64,000 nucleotides of DNA from Vicugna vicugna (GCA_013265495.1 MU060007.1:19240913-19304912), one strand, 5' to 3'; positions 49,471 to 62,862 are shown, counted from the stretch's first letter. Translations and numbers: made by a program. Notes: a model not told the origin generated them from the sequence alone.

Positions 49471-52059
49471 TTTTTTGTGAGGATTCATAATCATGTATGT
49501 TAAATATTTAGAAGTATATAGAAGATGCTCGTATGTATTATGTATTATTGATTTCATTATTACTGCTACAACTGGAAATATCCAATTTTTTTTAGTGAGA
49601 AAAACCCTTTGTATAAGGAAATATTTTTGTCTACAAACTAGCAGAAGAATGAGATGAATAAAAATAAAGATGAGATATTTTAGGAACAAAAAGCATCTAC
49701 ACTCAGTCTAAAGTCCTGGCTTATTTTCTAGAATATTTCATTTAATTTAGTTTTCCTGAATTTTTCACCAGACTCCTCATAGCTCATTGAAAAAGAGCAA
49801 GGTTATATAACCAAGACAGAAGCTGTCACAAATTTTATTAACTCCGGATCCCAAAGACCCTTTTCTCCTCCTGTTTTTGCTTGTTTGCATGCAAATAATG
49901 GAGTTTAAATTTACACTGAGGCCATGTATTATTTTGCGTTAGAATTTTTCTCATTACCAACCTAGATACAGTGAAATCTCTAAATGAAGCTATTTTACAG
50001 TCATATTATATTCTCAAGAGTCATTCTTCTTTACTGATACGTGGCTTGGTATATTCCCCTCCACCTCAACTGGTTTTAGGAGAGAGAGGTGGAAACAGCT
50101 GACGTTCAAAGTGCTCAGAATGAATTGCACAAATCAACACAACAGCCATGGAAAATGCACTCTCATTCAGTTTGAATAAAACCCATCCCTGGTTTCAATC
50201 CATCACATTCGCTTGTATCAGAACATCTCAAGCCAAGATCCTCCTCTACCTCCTTTGAAACACCTTATCTCCCAAATCCACAAAACAGATTCAGTTATGT
50301 CTCTTCATAATACTGAAATTATAATTATATGTTTGATTCTAAATGTTAGCCTGGATCTCTCATTCCAAATTAAATTAATTCTCAAAAGCAATCCTAAATC
50401 AGAGATACCCATATGCTCTCAAGTCAAACACAGGCATGCAACGCTATTTCTAGAATGTTACTTTATTATGTAATCATCAGTGATTTCATGTTTAGGATTT
50501 TCTCTTATACTGACTGCAGGAAAATCTAGGTTAGTAAATATGATATCATATATAACTTCTGGACAAATTATGTCAGTAACACCTGCAGATCATATATAGA
50601 AACATCAGGACAGAAGCCAGAAAAGGACGCTGGAGCACAGCCAAACTCGTCTCAGAGGCCATATCTAGTACAAGTGAAGCAGCACTGAACTGAGTTTGCA
50701 TGTGACAGATGGGTCCCCAAAGACATTGCTGTATCATCAGTCATCATCATTGTTATTTGGAGGTGCCTCCTGGCATGACAATGAAGCTTAAGGGAAAGAG
50801 GAGACAATCCCAATTTACTAGAAAGCTATTAGTATCTCTGTTGACTAAACTAGTTTATTTTCTTCTTTTTTAATGTTACACCCTAAACCATACACCCCAG
50901 ATATCATGGTTGCTTCCATATAGACATGAGGAAAGCTACCATCAAGTAGAGGAAAGAAATACATAGGAGCCCTTTATGAAGAAGCAAAGTACACATAGAA
51001 AGCCATGACTAAGAAGCCAAACCATGCAGCCAGAAGGACAAGCAGTGCTCAGAAAGAGATGTCTTTATTTGAAGAAAAATACAACAGCCTTGGAGGTGAT
51101 TACCTGGTTAGATTCTAATAAGTTTACCATTCTCTGACATACCAAAGATTTATCCAGCTCAGAGCTGTCTTACACAGTGACCCTGAGCACTTTTTCCTGG
51201 AAGGGTCTGACTGCAGTCATTGTCAGTGACTTTAATTAAAAAAAAAAAGATTAGGTGTGTACTGAGACCTCTTATCTTTTTATAACATGTGTAAAGTTAT
51301 CCTGGAAAAGTTTACGGGGTCCCCCACAGGAATTGTAGCTGGTGGGATGGTTCTTTAACTGTCTGTACTAAACTCCCAATTAAAAAGAACTTATTCCTGG
51401 ACAGAAGGGATTCTCAAAGCTTTAGCTGATGGTTGGTCAGAAAATGGAATATGGAGCAGATCCTATCATTCACAGGAAGGAAAAGAAGGTAGTAGGCCAG
51501 AGTGCCTTTCATTTATCATTCTCAGAGAATATCAGAAACCAGAGATTAAGAATAATCTTAAATTGTGTCATCTCCCCCATGTTGACTTTACTCTGACTCT
51601 TTCCCAATACAAATCTAAAAAGACATATAGGAACTTCTTGGACAATTTTTGGTTGAAAGTCTATAATCAGGAGGATAAGGAGAATGTCAAAGTTTCAAAA
51701 GCTACTTTCATCTGGAAATCAAACCTTTCACCTCTGCTTCCAGCTAGGCCAGAGAGTTAGAGATGAGAGGCCCAAGCTCTGTCCAGAGTGGGGAGACTGG
51801 TCAGAGAGCTCCTTGCCACTGAGTTGGGTCACAAGCACCCATTTCCGTGGTTTAGAGTAAAGACCTAGACATGACCCACCTCCTCTCAACCCTGGTGATC
51901 TGCAGAGAGGGCTTGTGTTGGTGCCACATACAGCTGAAGAAGACAATGGAAAGAAAAGTGAAAAAATTGTTCTTGAGAGGCTGTAACTTCAGAACAACCT
52001 TGGCATGAATCTAGACCTATGGTATGCCACCTGTTTGAGGTAGCCCAGACAATAGAACC

Positions 52060-54150
52060 TCAGGTGTCTTACAAATTCAAAGGCAAATCCCCTCTAACTT
52101 AGCTTACTCAAAAAGAAATAGAAATATTGATTAGCCCCTAATAATAATTTTTTAAAATAGTCATAAATATTTCCTCAAAGAAAATCCTAGGCCTTTATGT
52201 CTTCATTAAAAAATGTTACTAATTCTATTCAAGGAAGAAATAATTCCAGAAATAATTAGCCAAACTCTTCCAAAGAATGATGTAACATTAATAGCAAAAT
52301 CACATAGGGACAATATGATACAGAAAGTTGACAGGCCAATCTCTCTTAGGAACACAGATATACAAACAAACAAACTAAATAAATAAATAAATAAGCAAAC
52401 AAAATCTAAAGAGAAAAATACCTTAGAACTAAGCTGATTCTATTTTTTAAATCCAAGAATGCAAAATCTGTTAAACATTTAAAAATTACATAACATAAAT
52501 TATCACATAAGTAGAAGAGGAAAATTATATCATCTCAATAAACGCAGATTAAGTATTTAATAAAATTGAGAGTCTATTAAAAAATTTTAGCAAACTAGGA
52601 ATAAAAGGTACATCAGAGAATTTTTTTACTACAGTAATACTGGGTAACAATTTCGAAGATTGCTGGCTTCCAACAATGACTAAGAGTCATTGGGTAGGTT
52701 ATGGCTCTAATGGGCTCAGCTATCACTGGTTGGACTTAGGCTTAGTGCTATGTTTAGATCTTCTTCATGTACTTTCTCATTCACTCACACAAGCAGCTAT
52801 CTACGGCATATTTTTCTCACAGTAGATGGCAGAAGGCTGAGCAAACCATGCAACCACATATAAAATATTTGCTTACATCACATTTGTTAACAACCCATCG
52901 ACCAGAGAAAGGCCACATGGACAAGTCAAACATCAACATAGGGAAATATATTCCACCAACACTGGGAAGCAATGAGCATTTACACGGCATAGTGTGTAAC
53001 TGTATGATTCCAATGAAGTAAGGGAGTAAAGAATAGAAACAACGATCCAATACACTACAGAAGAAAATTTCCTTTATCTGATAAAGGGTAGCCATAGAAA
53101 CTCTGCAGCCCACACCATATCTAATGGTGAAAAGTCACAAGTTTTTCTTTTGCTATTAGGAATACCAAGGTGTTCTGCTATCTTTACTTCTAGGCAACAT
53201 TGATCTTATACAGTTAATTAAGAAATTTTAAAAGGACATAAGAATTTGAAGGAAGAAAAACTGTCACTATGTGCAGATGATAGGATTAAGCATATAAAAA
53301 ATCCAAAATCATCTATGTAAATCTTAAAACAACAGGAGAATTTAGCAAAGTTACTGGACACAAAATTCAATAAACAAGAGTTAACTCTTTTTCTGTATAC
53401 CAGCAACAGTTAGAAAACAAAAATTTTTAAAAGAATTAATTTACCATAGCATCAAAAATATCAATTGAGAACCAAGGAGTAAATCTCATCAAAAGTGTGC
53501 AAGACCTCCAGATGACAAATTATAAAATTTTATTGGGAAATATTAAGACCTAAATAAACAAGTGACTTACATTCATAATTTGGAATATTTTTGAAAAGAT
53601 ATCAGTACTCCTCAAATGGACTTATAAATGCAATGCAATCCTAGTAAAAATCCTAATGAGTTTATGTTTGTGTGTGTGTACACCTCATGTACTTGCTTTT
53701 TCAACCTGACAACTCACTTTTAAAACTTATTAGAAATGCATATAATACCAAAACATTAAAAGCAACAGCGAGCCTCTTGAAGAAAAATATAATGTAAGAG
53801 GACATATTTTACTGTATATCAAAAAATGTCATAAAGCTATAGCAATAAAGACATTGTGGTATTGGCAGAGAAATAGGCAAATAGATAATGGAACAAGAGA
53901 GTTCAGAAAAAGATCTATGAAATATATGCTAGCTTTATGAGAGAACTGGCACCAAGGATCAGTGGGAAAAGATGAACTTCATAATAAATAGTTCTAGGAC
54001 AAATATCTGGATGAAAAGGTATTTAAATTGGACACCTACCTCATACCATATACAAAGATCAATTTTAGCTGGATTAAAAAGCTAAATATGAAAGGAAATC
54101 CATAAAACTATTAAAAGAAACTAGGAGAGAATTATCTTTCAACCTTGGGG
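52060..54150 (+). mobile_element. Old L1 ORF2 remnant (RT region), split by MLT1
   Basis: TTCCAAGAATGCAAAATCTG, CATCTCAATAAACGCAG, CTATGTGCAGATGATAG, TTTAGCAAAGTTACTGGACAC, AAAGCTATAGCAATAAAGAC, GGACACCTACCTCATACC. Confidence 0.85.
52632..53059 (-). mobile_element. Old MLT1 (J-like) LTR inserted in L1
   Basis: ATTTTTCTCACAGTAGATGGCAG, CACATTTGTTAACAACCCA, AAAGGCCACATGGACAAGTCAAACATC, GAATAGAAACAACGATCCAATACACTACA. Confidence 0.7.
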
Positions 54151-54164
54151 CACAAAAAGATTCT

Positions 54165-54600
54165 TTTTTAATATAACATCTTTATTAAGTTATAAATAAC
54201 ATGCCATAAAAATTCATTTGAAGTGTATCAGTCAGTGACTTTTAGTATAATCACAGAGTTGTGCAATCACCATCATTATCCAATTTTAGAATATTTTCAG
54301 CTCCCACCCAAAAAATCCTCTTCACCCTTTACCCATTACTCCTCCTCCCAGCTCCTGGTAGCCACTAGTCTAATTTCTGTCTCTGTGAATTTGACTATTT
54401 TGGACACCTTTTTTAACAGGAATAATACATTATTTGGTCCTTTTGTTAAATCTACTCTTAAGAATTTTATTTTTATTCATTGTTACTTATAAAATTGCTT
54501 TCTTAATTTCAAGTTTAGATTGTTCATTGATAGTGTTAGAAAATAATTGTTTTTATATATTAATCTTGTTCAACCTTGCTGAACTCTTTTTTTTAAATAG
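54165..54600 (-). mobile_element. L1 (MA/MB-like) 3' end fragments
   Basis: TAGTATAATCACAGAGTTGTGCAATCACC, CTCCTGGTAGCCACTAGTCTAATTTCTGTCTCTGTGAATTTGACTATTTTGGAC. Confidence 0.75.
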
Positions 54601-55419
54601 AGGACCATTTTTGCAGCACAATATCATCAACATTCATTATTTGGGCCATAACTAGGAAAGAAAACAGACTTCCTTCATTTATACAACAAAATTAAATTTC
54701 TAAGAAGGCAAAAGAGAAATAGGCACAATCTCGAGTATAATTATGACATAAAATAATATTCTTTTAGAAATATGGTGGAAAACATGGGAAGAATAGTATA
54801 ACAGCCTGATCAAATATTCCCAAATTATAATTTTGCAGTATAATCCCTTCTCAGAGTCTAAAACTTGGTATTATGAAAACTCAAGATAATCAATTACAGA
54901 CTTATTTTCCCCCCCAAGAATGTCACTATAATAGGTGATAGTTATATGTATCTATTGAAATTTGCAACTCACTTTTACCATAGAATTAATGTCTAAGGAG
55001 ATTTGTCTTAGAATTAGCAAGACTCTGAAAAGTCCTGCAGTAATAACTAAATCTTGTTTAGGTTAGTTAGGGTGTGGGCAAATGGTTTCTTTTCCTTTTC
55101 TTCCAGGCCCAATTCCTAAGAATTAAATAATTCCATATCTATCAAATTTGGTTTCTAATATATTATATATTCAAGTCTCACTGATAAGGAAAACATTCAA
55201 ATAAAATACTCAAGCCAAATGAAGTATATGTTACCTTTTAGGTTGCAGCCTAAAGTGCTACATAGGGATTGTTACTAAAAGAAACACAGCAGGACAAACT
55301 GACTAGTATAGATGAGCCAATGTATTGTCTCAGTTGGCTTGAGAAAGTCATATGAAATTACTGTTTGGTTTTGTCTACTTGCTCAACAAACACTTACCAT
55401 GCACCTACTATGTAGATAG

Positions 55420-55750
55420 TTGGTGAACTCATTTATTAATTCTGTTCATTTTTCAGTATATTCCTTAGGACTTTCTATATACAAAATCATCTTATTTGTA
55501 AACAGAGATAATTTTACTTCTTTTCTCTCTAATCAAGATGTTTTTCATTTATTTTTCTTCCCTAATTTTTTTGACTAGAACCTCCAGTGTTGAACAGAAG
55601 TAGCAAAAAGAGACATCCTTATCTTATTCTTGGTCTTAGGGAGAACGTATTCAGTCTTTAAACATTAAGTATAAGGTTAGCTGCGGGTTTTTGTAGGTGT
55701 TCTGTATCTGGTTAAGGTATCTATTTTTTTTTAATTTCTAGTTTGTTGAG
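55420..55750 (-). mobile_element. L1 ORF2 fragment
   Basis: ACAGAGATAATTTTACTTCTT, CTAGAACCTCCAGT, GAGACATCCTTATCTT, CATTAAGTATAAGGTTAGCTG. Confidence 0.75.
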
Positions 55751-55789
55751 GATCTATGGAAAACGTTTTAAAGTAGACACAAATTTCAG

Positions 55790-56330
55790 TAGACTGGAAA
55801 ATTGATCAATTTAGCCACATTAAAATTAAAACATCTGCTCACTGAAATATATCACAAAAAGAGTGAAAAGAAAAATCATGGCATTGAAGACATTTAGAAT
55901 ATACATTAACTAAAACATGGCTATTTTTCAGAATACATAAGAGACACCTATAATTTAATTAGAAAAATGTAGACAATTCAATAGAAAAATGGTCAAATGA
56001 CTTAAACAAGCACCTCACAAAAGAAGCCCAAATAGACAGCAACCCAATAAAACGTCCCAAATATTAGGGAAATAAAAATTGAAGTCATGATAAGATACTG
56101 TTAATCATCCATCAAACTGGGAAAAAGTAAAAGTCTGACAATACTTACTGTGGATGATGATATAAACACCAAGTACTATTCTACTGGTAGGAGTATAACC
56201 TGTTGTATCAACATTACAACTGTCAATATATGGTGAAACTGAATGTATAGAAACTCTATGATTTACTAATTCCACTCATACATATATACCTTAAAGATAT
56301 GTTTGCTTATGTATACCACAATTCACATTT
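55790..56330 (+). mobile_element. Old L1 (ME-like) 3' region; continues at ~58270-58730
   Basis: CCACATTAAAATTAAAAC, GACTTAAACAAGCACCTCAC, AAAGTCTGACAATAC, CTAATTCCACTC. Confidence 0.65.
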
Positions 56331-56499
56331 NNNNNNNNNNNNNNNNNNNNNNNNNNNNNNNNNNNNNNNNNNNNNNNNNNNNNNNNNNNNNNNNNNNNNN
56401 NNNNNNNNNNNNNNNNNNNNNNNNNNNNNNNNNNNNNNNNNNNNNNNNNNNNNNNNNNNNNNNNNNNNNNNNNNNNNNNNNNNNNNNNNNNNNNNNNNN

Positions 56500-57955
56500 A
56501 GTATTTTACACAGAAATAGAACAAACGATTCTAAAAGATCACTACTAGCCAAAGCAATCTTGCTTTGTTCTTGCTCCCTGATTTTAAACTATTACAAAGC
56601 TTTAGTAATCGAAACAGTAAGATATTGGCATAAAAACAGATACATAAATCAATGGAACAGAACAGAGAGCCCCCAAATAAATCCATACATATATGGTCAA
56701 TTAATTTATAACAAAGAAACCAAGAATATACATTGAGGAAACAATAGTCTTTTTAATAAACAGTGGTGGAAAAACTGACAGCCACACACTAAAGAATGAA
56801 ACTGGATCATTATTTTACACCATACACAAAAATTAACTCAAAATGAATTAAAGACTTGAATGTTAGACCTGAAATCATAAAACTCCTAGAAGAAAACATA
56901 GGTGGTAAATTACTCGAAGTAGGTCTTGGTGATGATTTGTTTTTAATCTAACACCAAAAGCAAAACAACAAAAGCAAAAGGAAACAAGTAAGGNNNNNNN
57001 NNNNNNNNNNNNNNNNNNNNNNNNNNNNNNNNNNNNNNNNNNNNNNNNNNNNNNNNNNNNNNNNNNNNNNNNNNNNNNNNNNNNNNNNNNNNNNNNNNNN
57101 NNNNNNNNNNNNNNNNNNNNNNNNNNNNNNNNNAACTTACTAGCAAAAAAAAAAATCTGATTTAAAAATGGACAGAAGACTCNNNNNNNNNNNNNNNNNN
57201 NNNNNNNNNNNNNNNNNNNNNNNNNNNNNNNNNNNNNNNNNNNNNNNNNNNNNNNNNNNNNNNNNNNNNNNNNNNNNNNNNNNNNNNNNNNNNNNNNNNN
57301 NNNNNNNNNNNNNNNNNNNNNNNNNNNNNNNNNNNNNNNNNNNNNNNNNNNNNNNNNNNNNNNNNNNNNNNNNNNNNNNNNNNNNNNNNNNNNNNNNNNN
57401 NNNNNNNNNNNNNNNNNNNNNNNNNNNNNNNNNNNNNNNNNNNNNNNNNNNNNNNNNNNNNNNNNNNNNNNNNNNNNNNNCTTCTGGGTATTTATTTTAT
57501 CCAAAGAAAACAAAAACAATAATTGGAAAAGATATATACACTCCCATGTTCATTGCAGTATTATTTATAATAGCCAAGATACAGAAACAACCTAAGTATC
57601 CACGAATGGATAAATGGATAAGAAAATATGGTACATAAACAATAGAATATTACAGAACATTATTCAGACATAAAAAGAATGAAATCACAATTTGGCTTGG
57701 ATGGACTTCAGCAGCATTATCCTAGGTAAAATGTCAGACAGACAAAGACAGATACTATAAATCTTAAAAGTTCTCATCACAAGAAAAAAATCTTTTGTAA
57801 CATTTGGGTAGGTATTAACGAGACATTATGGGTAACATGTGGGTATTAACTAGACATTGTGATAATCACTTTGCAATGTATACAAATATTGAGTCATTAT
57901 ACTGTATACCTAAAACTAACATAATAGTATATGTCAATTATACCTCAATACAAAT
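56500..57955 (+). mobile_element. L1MA9-like ORF2 3' end and 3'UTR; N-runs at 56331-56499 (left edge), 56994-57133, 57183-57480
   Basis: TATTGGCATAAAAACAGATAC, GAAACTGGATC, ACCTGAAATCATAAAACTCCTAGAAGAAAACATAGG, CCCATGTTCATTGCAG, GTTCTCATCACAAG, GTCAATTATACCTCAAT. Confidence 0.85.
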
Positions 57956-58053
57956 ATGATCATAATAATATCTCATAATTATCAACTCTCTGAAAGAAAT
58001 GACATGACCATCATTAGCAGAATGCATATATAAAATGTATATACAAAATGTTT

Positions 58054-58266
58054 TAGTCATTGTCATTGTCACATTTTTTTTCGCTGTGAGCTACCACAAG
58101 ATCTTGTATATATTTCCCTGTGCTATACAGTATAATCTTGTTTATCTATTCTACACATGCCTGTCAGTATCTACAAATTTTGAACTCCCAGTCTATTCCT
58201 TCCCACCCCCCACCCCTTGGCAACCACACTGTAAAATGACTATAACTCAAGAAAAAAAAGTTTAAA
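58054..58266. mobile_element. Young camelid-type L1 3' end with 5' inversion
   Basis: Antisense CGCTGTGAGCTACCACAAGATCTTG..GGCAACCAC then sense ACACTGTAAAATGACTATAACTCAA plus A tail; AAAATGTTT at 58045-58053 and 58267-58275. Confidence 0.75.
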
Positions 58267-59339
58267 AAAATGTTTCATGTTCTCACAATGGGATACTACA
58301 TCAAAATAAATTTGAATACATTACAGATGTGTATACAAACTTTGCAAATGTGTGTGTAGGAAAAAGCAAGTCATAAAACATTAATTACAGTATTGTTCTA
58401 GTTACATATAGTTCAAGAACAGGAAGCACTAATCTAATTTTTAAATATGTAAACACAGGTTGTAAAAAAAATGTAAAGAAAGAAAAGAGTACTACAAAAG
58501 TCAGGGCTGTGGTTATCTTAAAAGGCCGTAAGTCACTTTATGATGACAAAGTGAAGTCAGAGTGGTAAAGAATATAAGGGAAATCCTGCAGTTTAAGCAG
58601 TGTTCTATTTCATGACTTGATAGAGTTAGAGGATGTTTGTTTTATAGAGAAATGTTTAAAATTGCTTTATAGACAAATGTACCTATAATCTTACACAATT
58701 TTCTGCATATCACATTTTATAATAAAGATGTTTAAGCCAAAAAACACACATTCCTTTTCTCTGATTAGGTTACACCTACCTATGATTTAGATAATCCTGC
58801 CTTTTATCAGAGAGAGATACTTGAAAAAATTCAAATTTTCTGAAATGATAATCTTACACTGAAACTCAACATGGAAAACAAATCAAAGCTAGCTGTTCTG
58901 TTTGAAGTGGTGGGGGTGGGAGGCCTGGATCATGCGTTTACTCAAATCTCTCTTTGGACATCTCTTCCCTCAATCCAGTAACTCCTTCATGAAATCCTAG
59001 AACTCCAGGCCATGAACAATTTGGGAGCTATTGTTAAAAGACTCTAGGGGCAGGAAAAAACCCTGGATATCAACTAACTAAGCTCCTTATTTTACAGAGA
59101 AGGCTTTATGACACACCCAAGGTCATTCAGCGAGTTAATGGCAGAGTTGGCTTACAACCCAGATTTGATTTGATTTTTAGTGTATTTATCTTCATGGCTT
59201 AGTTTTTCAATGAAAGGTCATTGAGAACCACTCATCTGTATTTCCTAATAAGTCTTTCAGAATTTTTCTTATGGCAACTAGTTCCATTAGCAATACAATA
59301 GCAATAAACCAAAGCACAGCCTCCAATTCTATAGGGATA

Positions 59340-59360
59340 TGTGTGTGTGTGTGTGTGTGT
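59340..59360. repeat. (TG)10 microsatellite
   Basis: Direct reading. Confidence 0.9.
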
Positions 59361-59858
59361 ATTAATAAATAGAAATCTATGCTATGTATCATATATATAC
59401 TAATAATACATATTACATATTTATGTGTGTATGTTATAAAAAGTAAGGCCACTGTGTAAAGTCAAAATCAGATAGATCACTTCAACCTCAGTGAGAAAAG
59501 CAAGCCAGAACAATTATTTATGGGGTGAAAACCAGCTGTGTTTCCTCTCCACTGAGTCAAGCCAAGATGAAACAGGTTAAAGAGAGAAGGATGAGAGAAT
59601 TGAAACCTTATCTACCAAAAGAATTTCCTCATACTTTGAGTGTTAAATGTAGAAGTAAAATGCATTATTTCTCTTCAGGAGAAGATTTTAAAATTCTTTT
59701 CTCTGATAGCGTGTAAAATAGGAGAGCTTCCAGTGAGACTTCCACAGCAACTGGAAAGACAAACACTTTCTCCAGTGGCATTTTCTGCTTAACAGTAAGA
59801 CTCAGGTTGTCATGGGATGTGGCCACAGGGCGAACCAACCACACCCTATTCCCAGCCT

Positions 59859-60286
59859 TGTGCGGCAGCCAAGGAGGTGCACTGCCCATATCTGCCTTCA
59901 AGAAAAAAATTGCCAGTCAGCTGCAATCAGCAGCATGAGAGCCAAGGTCAGGCTCTTCCTGGGCAGTCTCTAGCTAATATCTCAGCATGACAGAGTTACT
60001 AGGGCACCACTGCTAACAATGCGGGATGCCTCTATGGTATTTTTTGTGCCACAGCACCCAGTGGACTGGCCCAGACTCTACAGAGCTGCAGTGTAGTCTG
60101 AAGCCCTCCTATCTAACCCTCCTTCCCTCCCCTTCTCTTTTTATCAGTAACAGATCTACACCATGATCTAAAGGTTTTCCTTGCTTAATCCTGCTCCTTC
60201 TTCCTTTTCTCTTTCATGAGCATTACCCCCAATAAATCTCTGTACTTTGAATTCTATCTTGGTATCCCAGAGGACCCAACTGACAC
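59859..60286 (+). mobile_element. LTR16-family (C/D-like) ERVL solo LTR
   Basis: TGTGCGGCAGCC..ATCTGCCTTCAAG start; CCCCAATAAATCTC..GAGGACCCAACTGACAC end. Confidence 0.7.
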
Positions 60287-62862
60287 GGAGGGGCAGAGAA
60301 GCTTTGATCACTTCAACTGTTCTCATTCCTTTCCTATGGACAACATAATATGCAGGTTCACAGAAGAAGAAAGCTATTTTTCTTCATCATACTATGGGCA
60401 GTTTAGAAAGAAACAAAAAATATTTTTAATGCTGGACTAGGAAAACTTATGTCCATGAAATGCTCCTTTCCAGAAAATTTTTGAAAGGGCTCTTTTTCAC
60501 ACACCTCTCCCCATCCATGCTTTTGCTTTTCTGTACAAGATTTACAGAAAAAAGGAAGGAACAGGAAGGACAGGAGTCCAGAGAATCTGTCTCCTCCTCC
60601 ATCACAGGTTGAGAAGAAACAATAGATAGGATGGGGTTGGGTGGGGTTGGGCAGGATGACTCCTGCGGAAGGCTGTTGAAGAAAACCTCAGGATTTGTTC
60701 CTGCTGACCCTCTGGCCCTGGCAGTCCCACTGCATCCAGTTGTCACTACCTATATAATTCCACCAGCATATTTTTCCCTCCTGAGATACCCCTTACCCTA
60801 GAGAAAAGGAGAGAAGTTCCATTGCTCACGTAATCAAGACTCATCGATGATCTTTTTCCCCTGAAGGAAAGGACCACATTCCTCTTCATCCTAATGTTGA
60901 CCTTGAAGATAATTACATTGGAGTTGGACTCACCTAGTACAGAGCTTCCTCCTAACAAGCATGCTTCTGGTTCCTGGTCTTTAGTATACCTGTTTGTTTC
61001 CTTGCCTCCCAACTATCCCTGGAAATGTATTTGTCCTTCTGGTCCACTGTTTTGGTAACTTCCACATGTGCTACCCTCTCTCCTTGTCTGTGGGATAATG
61101 TTGACAGGCAGCCTCTGAGGCTGAGAATCTAACAAATGAATAGTCACTCACCTCTGAGCGCTTGCCTAAGCAATCATCAGGTGAGGATGAGCACTGACAC
61201 ATCACCACAACTGACAAAGTCCAGTTCAAACCCACCTCTTCCTTCTAAGAACCCAAGTCTGGCTCCAATAAGCCCACTCTGTCCTGAACATGAACAGTCT
61301 ATTTTTGGCCCCATTCATTTGTCTCTCTCGACTTTCTTTTATTGTTCACTTCTGTGCTCAGGAAACCCTTGAGAGTTAAGGTTTATGATCTTAGGAGCTG
61401 TAGCTTTGAATGCCTATGACCTATTCACCCATGGCTTCTCTTAGATCTACTTGCAGGCCTCTCAAACTCAGAACTAGCCCGTTGTGGCCTTTTTTCTGGT
61501 GCTGCCAGAAATGATAAGGGAGCCCATGGAGAAAAACAGTGCAACAGTTATATCTTATTTTGCTTGGGAGAAATACTTCAGAATCCCCTATTCCTGTGGG
61601 TCTTTGAAACTTCCTCCCCCAACACACCACACACGAACACACACGAACACGAACACATGCGCACACACACACAACTCAGTGCTCTTCTCTACTCTCAAAG
61701 CTCCCCATATCCACACCTCCAGGACTCATACTGTCTTCTCTCTTTTATGTGAAATATAATCTCTTGTAGGGTGGTGGTTTTGATCTTATGCATCTTTCCT
61801 CCCAGGCACCTATCTTAACAGAAGAATCACGGCAAAAATAATTCAAGGAGAAAGGAAGAGAGGGAAGGACTAAATGAACCTAGGGTCCCTTTAAGTGTAA
61901 GATCTACCTACACAAGTAAACATGGACAAGTAATTGGCTTCTAAATCTCAGTTTTCTGATCTGTAAAAGGGGAATATAATAATGACTTTAGAATATGTAT
62001 TTTAGTGCATATAACTCTATATGAAATGTAAAATTGTAATTGCTCTTAAGTTAGAAAACAATTTGTGTTCACCCCAAGCTAACCATTCCACATTTTTAAA
62101 GTAAATATTAGATATCAATTTGTGTTAAAAGCAATTTAGTTTTAAAGGTTCATGCTGTGAGATTAATGTTCTACAATGAAATTTCATTCAATTCTCACTC
62201 TTACCCTTGAGCTACTTTTTTCAACTGCAAATTTTTATCTATATAATACGCTTTCACTTATGTTCACCATGACAGCCTGAGTATTCTCATCTATTTGTTC
62301 AGATTGACTTAAAATACAGCCAGATATTTTGCAGATGAAGCAATTTCACCGACATTATAAAGTAAAATCTTCCAGAAATAAATTGTTTAGACTTGTACAT
62401 GTGACCTATTTGTTGAATTCTCCCAAAAGGCTTTATGTCAGGAAGAATCATTTCTTCTCTCTGTAGATTAAATTCAATATACACTGCCAGCACACAGACA
62501 CACTAAGCCACCATCCAGTAGACTGACTCACTTGAATTTATAGTTATGATAAAGTTATTTGGCAAAACAAACTCAAGCTGTTAACCAGTGAGAACTAATT
62601 CCAGATTCAAAATCCATTCCATGAATGGGCTGTACCACTGTGGCTGTGAACATTCGGTCATGTAAATGTCCCCCTGAAGGTTCTGGATGACAAGCCTGAT
62701 GAAAAGGAAGGGGGAATATTGGGCCTCCAACATTGTTCACCAAATGTGGTAACTAAAGAGAACAAGCAATTCTATCCAGGATCCAGAGTCTTTGGCAGCC
62801 CTCAGGGCAGCTTCTGTCTTTGGTGGCAAAACAAAGTTTGGTTTTATTTTTTTCATTGTTTT

